Below, piece by piece: positions 38,427 through 48,475 of a DNA stretch of 64,000 bases. The DNA lies in the NCBI GenBank assembly GCA_963794325.1, contig CAWCDG010000004.1:1248001-1312000 (forward strand), written 5' to 3'. Both the position numbers and the translations under genes were made by a program. Each line of letters starts with the position of its first letter. Position 1 is the stretch's first letter. The notes under the pieces are model-generated. The model saw only the letters and a program-made list of their open reading frames with translations. It was not told the origin of the DNA and made no database searches. This DNA comes from an uncultured delta proteobacterium. Its GTDB lineage: Bacteria; Desulfobacterota; Binatia; Binatales; Binataceae.

Positions 38427-39446
38427 ATGGCTGAGCCGATCAAATCGCAACCGATACGCACGCCGACCGAAGCCGACGTTCGCGCCGAGAATCCGGCGCG
38501 GCAACTCCGCCGGCATGCGTGGCTGAATATCGCAGGGCCGATCGCGGCAGTCTTTCTTGGAATTTTCGCCGCTGCGATGTACCTGCGGCCGGTCGATGTT
38601 CTCCGCTGGATCCAGATCTCGCGCCTGGGATGGTCGGGAGTCACGCAGAACGACCTCGCGCTCAAGGACAATCTCATTACGTATCTGATGACCGGCGGCT
38701 ATTCGGGGATGGATCCGGTTGTGATGATTCATGGGCTTGGTCCGAACGCCGCGCTGGTGTGGCGCGGAATCATGCCGCCGGTGGCGGAGGCGCATTACAA
38801 AGTTATCGCGCCCAATCTTCCCGGCTTCGCTTCATCAGATCACAAGCAAGTTCAATATTCGATCGCGTACCAGGCCGAGGCGGTTGCGCAGATGATCGAC
38901 GAGTTGAAGCTCGATCACGTCAACCTGATCGGCAACGATCTTGGCGCTGACGTGGCGCTTTACTACGCCGTCGAGCATCCCGACAAAGTCGAGCGGCTGG
39001 TTTTGATTTCGGGCGGGCTGGTCGGTGCGCGCGGCGCGGAGAAACTGCGCAGAGGGATGCTGCCGACCACGCCGGAGGCGGTGCGCGCGCAGGTCGAGGC
39101 GAGCTTTTTCGATTTGCCGCCGATGCCGGATTTCATTTATCAGCGCATGATGGAACAGCTGAGCCAGGACCTTCCGGCCGAGACCGACATGATCAATTCG
39201 GTGCCGCGCGACGAAGCGCATATCCGATCGAAGATGGGCCAGATCTTCAACACGCTCACGATCATAATGTGGGGCGCGAAAAATCCGTACTTCTCGAGCG
39301 CCGAAGGCGAGGCGCTACATGCGGCGATGCCCGGGTCGGCGACCGTAGTCTTCAAAACCTCTGGCGCTTACCCGCAACTCGAACACGCCGACGACTTCGC
39401 CGAATCGCTTATTTTCGTAATCAAGCAGGAAGAAGGCGGCCGCTAA
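38427..39446 (+). CDS. Membrane-anchored alpha/beta hydrolase-fold protein
   Basis: VMIHGLG, APNLPGF, elbow GNDLGA, IIMWG; N-terminal TM helix. Confidence 0.8.
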   Translation: MAEPIKSQPIRTPTEADVRAENPARQLRRHAWLNIAGPIAAVFLGIFAAAMYLRPVDVLRWIQISRLGWSGVTQNDLALKDNLITYLMTGGYSGMDPVVMIHGLGPNAALVWRGIMPPVAEAHYKVIAPNLPGFASSDHKQVQYSIAYQAEAVAQMIDELKLDHVNLIGNDLGADVALYYAVEHPDKVERLVLISGGLVGARGAEKLRRGMLPTTPEAVRAQVEASFFDLPPMPDFIYQRMMEQLSQDLPAETDMINSVPRDEAHIRSKMGQIFNTLTIIMWGAKNPYFSSAEGEALHAAMPGSATVVFKTSGAYPQLEHADDFAESLIFVIKQEEGGR

Positions 39447-39536
39447 AGATAGCTGCTCGCACCCTGCAGGTTGCGCGGAACCCGGTCGTCTGCGATAAGC
39501 GAACTTAAAGTCTCAGCAAGTGAGGAATCGACAACG

Positions 39537-40184
39537 ATGAAGCTCTACAGCATGGATCTCTCCAACTTTGCCACCAAGTCGCGGCTGGTCATTTATGAAA
39601 AGGGACTCAAGGTCGAAATGGCGGCGATTCCGGGCGGCAAGCTCAGCTCGCCCGAATACGCGCAGATCAATCCGCTCGGCAAAATTCCGGCGCTCGAGGC
39701 CGACGGGCTGCTGATTCCCGAGTCCGAGGTAATCAACGAATACCTCGAAGACAAGTATCCGACTCCGCCGCTGCTTCCGAAGAGCCCGGAGGGCCGCGCC
39801 AAGGTGCGCATCCTTACCCGATTCCACGACCTCTACCTCGAGCCTCCACTGCGCGCGCTGTTCGGACAGATGAATCCGAAGACTCGCGACGAAAAAGTCG
39901 TCGGCGAGAAGGTGACTGATCTCAAGAATCGCATCGGCCAGCTCGAAAAGATGATCGCCGATGGCGGCTTCGCGTGCGGATCGGAGTTCACACTCGCCGA
40001 TTGCGCGCTCGCGCCCACAATATTTTTCGTGACCAACCTGGGCCCCGCGTTCGGGCTGAAACCGCTCGAGGGACATCCGAAAATCGCGGCATGGTGGGCT
40101 CACGTCCAGACGCGGCCATCGGTGAAAAAAGGCCTCGGCGAGATGGGCGAGGCGCTGGCTGCGATGCAGCGCGGCGGCCGTTAA
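39537..40184 (+). CDS. Glutathione S-transferase
   Basis: INPLGKIPAL, ESEVINEYLE, FTLADC. Confidence 0.92.
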   Translation: MKLYSMDLSNFATKSRLVIYEKGLKVEMAAIPGGKLSSPEYAQINPLGKIPALEADGLLIPESEVINEYLEDKYPTPPLLPKSPEGRAKVRILTRFHDLYLEPPLRALFGQMNPKTRDEKVVGEKVTDLKNRIGQLEKMIADGGFACGSEFTLADCALAPTIFFVTNLGPAFGLKPLEGHPKIAAWWAHVQTRPSVKKGLGEMGEALAAMQRGGR

Positions 40185-40217
40185 AGATTCGTCACGCGAT
40201 TTACGACGACTCGAAAT

Positions 40218-40255
40218 AAAGCGGGAGCATCATCCGACACAATGCTCCCGCTTTT
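40218..40255. terminator. Bidirectional intrinsic terminator
   Basis: AAAGCGGGAGCAT-loop-ATGCTCCCGCTTTT between convergent genes. Confidence 0.75.
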
Positions 40256-40259
40256 GTAA

Positions 40260-40493
40260 CTAACGGCGAACTCGCAGCATCGCGGCAACCGCGGCGGCGC
40301 ACCAGATGGCTTCGAGCACGACGAATGGCGCGAATCCGATCAGGTAAGATGCGTAGCACGAGAGGGCGGCGCCGATTGCGTTGGCCGCTTGGTACGCATG
40401 TGAATTGGCGTCCAGCATTCCGAACAGATTCATGAAGAACGCGATTAGCAGCAGCGCGACTCCGATCGATCCAATGATTCCCGATGCCGACAT
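40260..40493 (-). CDS. Small membrane protein (CBU_0592-like)
   Basis: IGSIGV.LLLIAF...Y..AN.IGA...PFVVLE.IW; 3 TM helices. Confidence 0.7.
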   Translation of the reverse strand: MSASGIIGSIGVALLLIAFFMNLFGMLDANSHAYQAANAIGAALSCYASYLIGFAPFVVLEAIWCAAAVAAMLRVRR

Positions 40494-40544
40494 TTCTTTT
40501 CTCCGCGGTCGTTGTGCAAAGATAGCCGCAAGGATGAACCGACG

Positions 40545-41306
40545 ATGTCATACCTCGATCGCGATGGCGTAAGCATCTACTACGAACAACGCGGCGCGGG
40601 ACCTTCCGTGCTGCTCTCGCATGGCTACAGCGCCAGCGCGCGGATGTGGCAGGGTCAGATGGAGGCGTTGTCGGACAGCTATCATCTGATCGCGTGGGAT
40701 ATGCGCGGGCACGACCGCTCCGACTCGCCCGACGATCCGTCGCTCTATTCGCATGAGGCAACCATTCACGATATGGCCGCAGTCCTCGACGCCTGCGGCG
40801 TCGGCCGCGCCATCATCGCAGGCTTGTCGCTTGGCGGCTTCATGTCGCTGGCATTTCATCTGGCGCATCCGTCACGCACCGAAGCCCTGATGCTGTTCGA
40901 CACCGGGCCCGGCTACAAGAAGGACGACGGTCGCGCGGGCTGGAACAAGATCGCCGACAGCATGGCGGCGGCGTACGAAAAGAAAGGACTCGCAGCGGCC
41001 GGCGCGAGTGCCGAGGTGAGCGTCGCGCGTCATCGCAGTGCGCAAGGCCTCGCGCACGCGGCGCGCGGGATGCTGGCGCAGAAAGACGGCCGGGTGATCG
41101 AGTCACTCCCGGCGATCGCGGTGCCGACGCTGGTGATTGTCGGCGAAAATGACGCACAGTTCCGGCCGTCGGCGGATTATATGGCGGCGAAAATTCCCGG
41201 CGCGGAGAAAGTGATCCTCGCCAATGCGGGACACGCCGCAAATATCGATCAGCCCGCCGCGTTCAACGCCGCCGTCCGCGCATTTCTGGATCGCGTCACC
41301 GATTAG
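40545..41306 (+). CDS. Alpha/beta hydrolase
   Basis: HGY, WDMRGH, GLSLGG nucleophile, GEND, AGHAAN. Confidence 0.9.
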   Translation: MSYLDRDGVSIYYEQRGAGPSVLLSHGYSASARMWQGQMEALSDSYHLIAWDMRGHDRSDSPDDPSLYSHEATIHDMAAVLDACGVGRAIIAGLSLGGFMSLAFHLAHPSRTEALMLFDTGPGYKKDDGRAGWNKIADSMAAAYEKKGLAAAGASAEVSVARHRSAQGLAHAARGMLAQKDGRVIESLPAIAVPTLVIVGENDAQFRPSADYMAAKIPGAEKVILANAGHAANIDQPAAFNAAVRAFLDRVTD

Positions 41307-41438
41307 CCCTTCTGGAGAACCGCCCCGCGAATCGGCAATATATAGATGTTGCCGGAGTTCGGTCCAAACCCTGATTGGCGACAACTCTGCAAACCTGATT
41401 GATCAGGGGGTTCCGAGACTCGTTCAGGACTGTTTAGA

Positions 41439-43886
41439 ATGGCTGTTCCTCCACTATCCGAAGTCAACCGCAATCTGTTCAACAAGCTTATCGATCATCA
41501 CATCCGTTTCTCGCTGGCCAAGCTGCGGATCGACTTGTCGAAGCATGACTGGTATCGCGCGACCGCGCTGGTGGTGCGCGACATGCTGGTCGAGAAGATG
41601 CTCGCGACGCGCCTGCGTTTCGATCGCAACAGTTCCAAGAAGCTCTATTATCTCTCGCTCGAATTTCTGATCGGCCGATCGCTCGAGAACAATCTCTTCA
41701 ACCTCGGCATCATCGACACATGCCGCGATTTCCTCGCCGAGAACGGAATCGACCTGCAAATTTTGTTCGACGAGGAACCCGATGCTGCGCTCGGCAATGG
41801 CGGCTTGGGCCGGTTGGCCGCGTGTTTTCTCGATTCGCTGGCGACGCTCGATCTCCCCGGCTACGCCTACGGCATCAATTACGAGTACGGACTGTTCCGC
41901 CAGGAGATTCGCGGCGGCTACCAGGTCGAGCGGCCCGACGCGTGGCAGCGTGAGACCTCGCCATGGCTGGTGGCGCGTCCCGAGCAGTCGTGCAGGATTC
42001 CGGTTTACGGGCGCATCGAGCACCGCATCGACAAGAAGGGCGAATACAATCCGACCTGGGTGGATTGGCGCGTGTTGGTAGGAGTGCCGTCGGATCTGCC
42101 GATCGCGGGATTCGGCGGCCGGACAGTGAACTTCGTGCGCCTGTATTCGGCCGGCGCGTCGGACGAATTCGACATGCAGATCTTCAATGCCGGCGACTAC
42201 ATGAAAGCCGTCGAGCAGAAGATGCTGTCCGAAACCATCTCGAAGGTACTGTATCCTTCCGACGCGGTTGCGGCGGGACGCGAGCTGCGGCTCTTGCAGG
42301 AATATTTCTTCGTCGCATGCGCGGTGCACGACATAGTACAGGGATTCGTCGCTCGCGGTGAAGACTTCACCGATTTTTCATCGCAAGTAGCTATTCAGTT
42401 GAACGACACCCACCCCGCACTGACTATTGCGGAGTTGATGCGCGTTTTTATCGACGAGTATGACCTCGAGTGGCCGATGGCGTGGGAGATCACCCGCAAC
42501 ACAGTCGCATATACTAATCACACACTATTGCCCGAGGCGCTGGAAAAGTGGCCGGTGAGCCTGCTCGAACGAGTCGTGCCGCGCCATCTTCAAATCATCT
42601 ACGAAATCAATCGGAGGTTCATGGCTGATGCCGCGTTGATCTGGAAAGACGATCCCGAACGCCTCAAGCGCGTGTCGATTTTGCAGGAAGGTTACGAAGC
42701 GCAGATCCGAATGGCGCATCTCGCGATCGTCGGCAGCCATTCGGTGAATGGCGTATCGAAGTTGCATAGCGATCTGGTCAAGACCCGGCTGGTGCCCGAC
42801 TTCTATCAACTGTGGCCCGAAAAATTCAGCAACAAGACCAACGGCGTCACGCAGCGGCGATGGCTGTTGATGGCGAATCCGGGTCTGGCAAGTCTGCTCG
42901 ACGCGACGATCGGCGTGGGGTGGAGCACCGACCTCGAGCAGTTAAGGGAGGTCGAAAAATTTGCGGACGACGTCGAGTTTCAACGCCGGTTCAGGGCTAT
43001 CAAGCGCGCCAACAAGGAGCGCCTGGCGAGAATCGTCAATCGAGTCGCCGCCGTGGACGTCGATCCCGCCGCGATGTTCGACATACAGGCCAAGCGCATC
43101 CACGAATACAAGCGTCAGCTCTTGATGGCTCTGGGAGTCGTACATCAGTACCTGCGGATTGTGGATGATGGCGTGGAGTCGCCGGTTCCCCGCACCTACC
43201 TGCTCGCGGGCAAAGCGGCGCCCGGCTATTGGGCGGCGAAGATGATCATCAAGTTGATCAACAGCCTCGGCGAGGTGATCAACAATGATCCGAAGACCCG
43301 CGAATTGATCAAGGTCGCCTTCCTGCCGGACTACCGGGTCTCGCTCGCGGAGAAAATCATTCCCGCCGCCGACCTATCGGAACAGATTTCGACCGCAGGC
43401 CGCGAAGCGTCGGGCACCGGCAACATGAAATTCGCGATGAATGGCGCACTGACCGTGGGAACCCTCGACGGCGCGAACATCGAGATTCGAGAAGCAGTCG
43501 GCGCTGAAAACATTTTCATCTTTGGTCTGACCGCTGAGCAGATCGAAGAACTGACTGTGAAAGGCACCTACCGGCCGCGCGACTACTACGAATCCGACCC
43601 GCGACTGAAGCGAGTGCTCGATGAGCTGGCGTCCGACCGCTTCTGCCCCGCCGAGCCGGGACTGTTCAGATGGGTTCGCGACGTACTAGTCAGTCGCGAT
43701 GACTATTTCCTGATGGCCGATTTCGGTGCATATATCGATATCCAGTCGGCGGTTTCGACTGAGTATCAACATCCGGAGATCTGGACTCGAAAGGCTATAC
43801 TCAATCTGGCGCGGATTGGCTATTTCTCGAGCGACCGCGCAGTTATGGAGTACTCCCGCGAAATCTGGCACCTCGGCCAGGCGTGA
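41439..43886 (+). CDS. glgP: Glycogen/maltodextrin phosphorylase
   Basis: LGNGGLGRLAACFLDS, QLNDTHP, KRIHEYKRQ, EASGTGNMKF (PLP Lys). Confidence 0.97.
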   Translation: MAVPPLSEVNRNLFNKLIDHHIRFSLAKLRIDLSKHDWYRATALVVRDMLVEKMLATRLRFDRNSSKKLYYLSLEFLIGRSLENNLFNLGIIDTCRDFLAENGIDLQILFDEEPDAALGNGGLGRLAACFLDSLATLDLPGYAYGINYEYGLFRQEIRGGYQVERPDAWQRETSPWLVARPEQSCRIPVYGRIEHRIDKKGEYNPTWVDWRVLVGVPSDLPIAGFGGRTVNFVRLYSAGASDEFDMQIFNAGDYMKAVEQKMLSETISKVLYPSDAVAAGRELRLLQEYFFVACAVHDIVQGFVARGEDFTDFSSQVAIQLNDTHPALTIAELMRVFIDEYDLEWPMAWEITRNTVAYTNHTLLPEALEKWPVSLLERVVPRHLQIIYEINRRFMADAALIWKDDPERLKRVSILQEGYEAQIRMAHLAIVGSHSVNGVSKLHSDLVKTRLVPDFYQLWPEKFSNKTNGVTQRRWLLMANPGLASLLDATIGVGWSTDLEQLREVEKFADDVEFQRRFRAIKRANKERLARIVNRVAAVDVDPAAMFDIQAKRIHEYKRQLLMALGVVHQYLRIVDDGVESPVPRTYLLAGKAAPGYWAAKMIIKLINSLGEVINNDPKTRELIKVAFLPDYRVSLAEKIIPAADLSEQISTAGREASGTGNMKFAMNGALTVGTLDGANIEIREAVGAENIFIFGLTAEQIEELTVKGTYRPRDYYESDPRLKRVLDELASDRFCPAEPGLFRWVRDVLVSRDDYFLMADFGAYIDIQSAVSTEYQHPEIWTRKAILNLARIGYFSSDRAVMEYSREIWHLGQA

Positions 43887-43904
43887 TTCGGCGATTATGC
43901 GTCC

Positions 43905-44951
43905 CTACCGGGTAGGAGCGATCGATGAGAGCGCCGCGGCGATCCGATTCCCGAAGTCCAGCGGTGCGCCGGGCCGATAGATAACCTGCATCGACTCGGC
44001 CAGTTTCAGTGTGCCGGCATTGCGCTTCAAAACGCCGCCAATCTCATCGAGATAGGTGGTGAGTCCGGTTGGCGAACGATCCGCGGCGAACTCAACAGGC
44101 GCGCGCTGCGTCATGAACAACAGGCGCTTCAGATCTTCGGCTGCCGCGGGGTGACTCGTGCAGAGTTCCTGGTAGCGATCAGGGCTTCGAAAATAATCCC
44201 AGGCTTTCTCATCCGGGATTGCGAATCTCAAATCTGCGCTGAAGTCCATGCGGAGGCATGGAACGCCTTGCGCGGCGCAGACCTCACCGACCTTGGCCGG
44301 AGGATCGTCAATCGCGACCGCGGGCGTATTGCTGTGGGCCGCCGCCGCGGAGTTGCTGCCATAGCGCGCGCGAAAGTCCTGGAAACTGGCTGGCACTTTG
44401 GCGAGATGATAGAGGATGCCGATACCGTCGTCGGCCAATACATTTTGCGTGACGTCGTCGATCAGGCGCTCGGTACTTCCGGGAGTTTCGCAGTGATACA
44501 GCACGTGCGACGCGAACACGATTTGAAACTCGCGCGGCCGCGCCGGCACGTTATGCGTCCCGAGCAGTCCCAGTAGATGTCCCGCAAACGAATCACCGGC
44601 ATGCGCCGAAAAATCGACGAGCTTGAGCGTGCCTGCGGATTGCGCCGCCGCGAGAGTCGCCAGCGCTTCGCCATTGTGTTCGTCGGTGTACTCAGAACTG
44701 TAGTCGGTCGCTCGGACCTTGAAGCCCGGATCGAACTTCACACCCGTCAAATATTTCACCAATGTATCGCATGGCCCGCTTCCGATGTCGGCAACGGTGA
44801 TCGGCGCGCTTCCTGTGAGCACGAGGTCCGCATCGGCGAGCATATTCAGAAACGCGGCGTTGATGCGCGCGGTTTTTTCCTTCTCGTCAGTGGCCGCCTT
44901 GAACGACGGGTAGATCTCTTCATATCGATACGTGTCGATCGTTATGCTCAT
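43905..44951 (-). CDS. Class I SAM-dependent methyltransferase-like protein
   Basis: VADIGSG motif I; FQIVFASHVLYH; start uncertain. Confidence 0.65.
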   Translation of the reverse strand: MSITIDTYRYEEIYPSFKAATDEKEKTARINAAFLNMLADADLVLTGSAPITVADIGSGPCDTLVKYLTGVKFDPGFKVRATDYSSEYTDEHNGEALATLAAAQSAGTLKLVDFSAHAGDSFAGHLLGLLGTHNVPARPREFQIVFASHVLYHCETPGSTERLIDDVTQNVLADDGIGILYHLAKVPASFQDFRARYGSNSAAAAHSNTPAVAIDDPPAKVGEVCAAQGVPCLRMDFSADLRFAIPDEKAWDYFRSPDRYQELCTSHPAAAEDLKRLLFMTQRAPVEFAADRSPTGLTTYLDEIGGVLKRNAGTLKLAESMQVIYRPGAPLDFGNRIAAALSSIAPTR

Positions 44952-45000
44952 TGTTGTTTGACGATAGCGATCCAATGGCGCAAATTCCATCGAGTCTGTC

Positions 45001-45561
45001 ATGACCGTCGAACAGTGGATCGATCTGAGATGCCATCCCTCGACACGCACTGAGATGGTGCGCGCCGTTCGGGTGCTGGTGCGTCGCTCGCCAACCGCTG
45101 AACTCCAGATGACTTTTCGCCTCGACGGAGATATTCGACGAATTCAGGTCCCTTCGCCGAGCGTGCCGCGCATCGGCGCCGAACTTTGGCGCCGCACCTG
45201 CTTCGAGGCCTTCGTCGCGATGGAAGGCATACCCGCGTACCACGAATTCAATTTCGCGCCGTCGGGGGAGTGGTGTATCTACGCCTTATCCGGATATCGC
45301 AACGGCGGTCCTCTAACTGACGAAACGATGCGCCCGCACATCGCGATGCGTTCCACCAGTACTCGGCTCGAACTCGACGCCATCGTCCGGCTCGATAGTC
45401 TGTCTTCTGTCCACCCGCGTGCTGTGCTGAGGGTCGGGCTGTCGGCGGTCATCGAGGCCAGCGACGGCCTCTCGTACTGGGCGCTTCAGCATCCGGCTGA
45501 CAAACCGGATTTTCACAATGCCGACGGATTCGCGCTCGTGCTTGAACCGCCCGCGCAATGA
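45001..45561 (+). CDS. DOMON-like domain protein
   Basis: LWRRTCFEAF, YHEFNFAPSGEW, GLSAVIE...SYWAL.H...KPDFH. Confidence 0.8.
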   Translation: MTVEQWIDLRCHPSTRTEMVRAVRVLVRRSPTAELQMTFRLDGDIRRIQVPSPSVPRIGAELWRRTCFEAFVAMEGIPAYHEFNFAPSGEWCIYALSGYRNGGPLTDETMRPHIAMRSTSTRLELDAIVRLDSLSSVHPRAVLRVGLSAVIEASDGLSYWALQHPADKPDFHNADGFALVLEPPAQ

Positions 45562-46286
45562 AGCACGCGCAACCACGAAGTCTCAGCCGCCGGCGCGTCG
45601 AGCAGCTTCTCGCGAAAAAGACGCATGCCGATTCTGTAACTCGCCGAATTGAGCTTCTCTCCAGCGAGTTGCTTGGACGCCCCTATAAGCCAAATCCGCT
45701 CGTCGGATCGGCAGACACCGCCGAAGTATTCACCGCGTCTCTCGACGGATTCGATTGCGTCACCTACCTCGAAACCGTCGTGGCGCTCGCTCGCGCTTCC
45801 AGCGTCGATGATTTCATCCAGTGGCTGCGAAAGATTCGTTATGAGCAAGGCCGCGTTCAATGGGGCCGGCGCAATCACTATATGACGGGCTGGATTCGCA
45901 ACAATGTGCGCAACGGAATACTCGAGCCGGTGTCGATGCCGGCTGTCCCGACCGTCATCAAGAAGCGCGTACCGAATGTCGTAGCTGGACTCGCTCCGCA
46001 GCGGACCCGCATCAAATGTGTACCGAAGGCGGCAATGCCTCGAGTTGAAAAATATTTGCAAACCGGTGATTTGATATTTTTTGCATCGACCCGCAAGCAT
46101 CTCGACGTGTTTCATGCTGGAATCATCGTGCGCGATGACGAGAAAATTCTCATGCGACACGCGTCGCGCAGCCACGGCTCTGTCGTGGAGCAGAAGTTGA
46201 GCGAGTTCCTCAAGGCAAATCGCATGGCCGGCGTCATCGTCATGCGTCCGCGAGAGTTGTCGCGCAGGATTGCGATCAGTAGCTAA
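45558..46286 (+). CDS. DUF1460 / AmiA-like NlpC/P60 amidase
   Basis: LGRPY, FDCVTYLE (catalytic Cys), RNHY, DVFHAG, RHAS. Confidence 0.85.
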   Translation: MKHAQPRSLSRRRVEQLLAKKTHADSVTRRIELLSSELLGRPYKPNPLVGSADTAEVFTASLDGFDCVTYLETVVALARASSVDDFIQWLRKIRYEQGRVQWGRRNHYMTGWIRNNVRNGILEPVSMPAVPTVIKKRVPNVVAGLAPQRTRIKCVPKAAMPRVEKYLQTGDLIFFASTRKHLDVFHAGIIVRDDEKILMRHASRSHGSVVEQKLSEFLKANRMAGVIVMRPRELSRRIAISS

Positions 46287-46307
46287 GATGAAGCGGCGTG
46301 GTGGAAT

Positions 46308-47579
46308 GTGAAACTGGTCTATCCAAAGGACTACTCGAGCGCCAGCATTCAACAACTCCTCGACGCGGCCGATTCCGATGTGCTCTTTATCGGCGATCCG
46401 CGTCTAAGCATCGATGCCGGACCGCGCATGTTCGATCGTATCGCGCAGGTCATCCGCGAGACTGGCGCCGGCTGGGTTTATTCCGACGCGGCCGGTCATC
46501 CTCGTATCGACTATCAACGCGGGAGCATCCGCGACGGGTTCGACTTCGGGCCGGTGGTTGGCGTGTCGGTGCAAGCAGCGCGTCAATCGGGAATGGAGAG
46601 CGCCTGGAAATGGGGAGCCTTATACGATCTGCGATTAAGGATTTCGGAGAAACACGCAATCGTGCGGATTCCCGAGCCCTTGTACAGCGCGTCGATGGTT
46701 GATGCGCGGCCGACCGGTGAAAAGCAATTCGACTATGTAAATCCGCGCAATCGCGACTACCAAATCGAAATGGAACGCATCGCGACGGCGCACCTCAAAC
46801 GAATCGGCGCATGGTTGCAGCCGCAGTTCGACGAGATTCCAGTTGCTGAAACGATGCCGGTAAAAGCCAGCGTTGTGATCCCGGTTCGAAATCGCGAACG
46901 GACAATTCTCGAGGCCGTTCAAAGCGCGCTGGTCCAGCGCACGGATTTCGAATTCAACGTGATCGTCGTTGATAACCATTCGACCGATCGGACGACAGAA
47001 ATTCTGCGCGGCATCAGCGACTCACGGGTTAAACACATCACTCCCGAACGGCGCGACTTGGGAATCGGCGGATGCTGGAACGAGGCGATCTACTCCAGGC
47101 ACTGCGGACAATACGCGATCCAACTTGATTCCGACGACCTATACGCCAATGACATTGTCCTACGCCGGATAGTTAAGGAACTTGAGGCGGGGCCTTATGC
47201 TATGGTCATAGGATCCTATACGATGGTCGATTTTTCATTAAAGGAGATTCCGCCCGGTCTTATCGACCATCGCGAGTGGACTCGCGACAACGGAAGAAAC
47301 AATGCGCTGCGCGTCAATGGCCTCGGCGCACCTCGCGCATTCAATACGTCGGTTCTGCGCGGCATAGGATTTCCGAACGTTAGTTATGGCGAGGACTATG
47401 CAGTAGCATTGCGCATCAGCCGCGATTACGAGATCGGGCGCATCTACGAATCTCTCTATCTTTGCCGCCGATGGGAAGGCAATAGCGATAGCGCACTGCC
47501 GTTCGAAGTCGCGAATCGATACGACCTATACAAGGATTGGCTTCGAACGATCGAGATTCAGGCTCGAATCCAACGATGA
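46308..47579 (+). CDS. Glycosyltransferase family 2
   Basis: SVVIPVRNR, VVDNHSTD, QLDSDD, YGEDY. Confidence 0.9.
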   Translation: MKLVYPKDYSSASIQQLLDAADSDVLFIGDPRLSIDAGPRMFDRIAQVIRETGAGWVYSDAAGHPRIDYQRGSIRDGFDFGPVVGVSVQAARQSGMESAWKWGALYDLRLRISEKHAIVRIPEPLYSASMVDARPTGEKQFDYVNPRNRDYQIEMERIATAHLKRIGAWLQPQFDEIPVAETMPVKASVVIPVRNRERTILEAVQSALVQRTDFEFNVIVVDNHSTDRTTEILRGISDSRVKHITPERRDLGIGGCWNEAIYSRHCGQYAIQLDSDDLYANDIVLRRIVKELEAGPYAMVIGSYTMVDFSLKEIPPGLIDHREWTRDNGRNNALRVNGLGAPRAFNTSVLRGIGFPNVSYGEDYAVALRISRDYEIGRIYESLYLCRRWEGNSDSALPFEVANRYDLYKDWLRTIEIQARIQR

Positions 47580-48475
47580 CCCACAAAGTAGAAGAACTAT
47601 TTAAACGCCAACTGCGCGCATGGCCGCAGCTCGAGAAAGGCGTTGAAGGTCTCGCGCGGGCGACGACTCGGCCGGTTAGGATCGATTGGTTCGACGTCTT
47701 CGTTCGCCACATCGCACATCGTAAGGCTAGCACTACCGCGCCGGTAGACCAGGAGTCGATTGCGAAACGTCCCTGCTTCCTATGCGCGTCCAACCTACCG
47801 AAGGAAGAGGAGGGCGTACGGTTCGATGAGAACTTCACGATCTATTGCAATCCGTTTCCAATCGTAGAACGTCACGTGACGATCGCTCACAAAGAGCACA
47901 CCCCGCAGCGCATCGCGAACCACTTCGGAAATATGCTCAACCTTGCAGCAGCTCTGCCAGGATATTTCGTCATCTATAACGGTCCCGAATGCGGCGCGTC
48001 CGCACCAGACCACATGCACTTTCAGGCAGGCTCGCGAGTGTTGTTTCCGATCGAGAAGGACACTGCGGGATTAACCGGTGTCGCCGTCGCGAACTACGCA
48101 CGAAACGTGTTGTTATTCCGCGGACGCGATCGATCCGCATTGATCGATCGAATGGATCGCGCCATCAGTCTGCTCACAGAAATCACTACCACCAGCAAAC
48201 ACCCAGAACCGATGGTCAACATCGCGGTCTTTCAAGAAAGAGGGGAATGGGTCATCTATTTGTTTCCGCGATCGAAGCATCGGCCGGAGGTCTTTTCCAC
48301 GGGCGAACTAACGGTCAGTCCCGCGTCGATTGATTTGTGCGGAATATTTGTCGTGCCGCTGGCACAGGACTTCGAAAGAATCACCGGCGACGACATTGCC
48401 GCAATTTATCGCGAGGTCACCTTGGGTCACGATCAGTTTCAGGAAATCGTCGGCAAGCTGGAGAATGAACGTTGA
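47576..48475 (+). CDS. DUF4922 family protein (HIT-like nucleotidyltransferase/phosphorylase)
   Basis: RPCFLC, NPFPI, YNGPECGASAPDHMHFQ, FPRSKHRP. Confidence 0.82.
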   Translation: MTHKVEELFKRQLRAWPQLEKGVEGLARATTRPVRIDWFDVFVRHIAHRKASTTAPVDQESIAKRPCFLCASNLPKEEEGVRFDENFTIYCNPFPIVERHVTIAHKEHTPQRIANHFGNMLNLAAALPGYFVIYNGPECGASAPDHMHFQAGSRVLFPIEKDTAGLTGVAVANYARNVLLFRGRDRSALIDRMDRAISLLTEITTTSKHPEPMVNIAVFQERGEWVIYLFPRSKHRPEVFSTGELTVSPASIDLCGIFVVPLAQDFERITGDDIAAIYREVTLGHDQFQEIVGKLENER

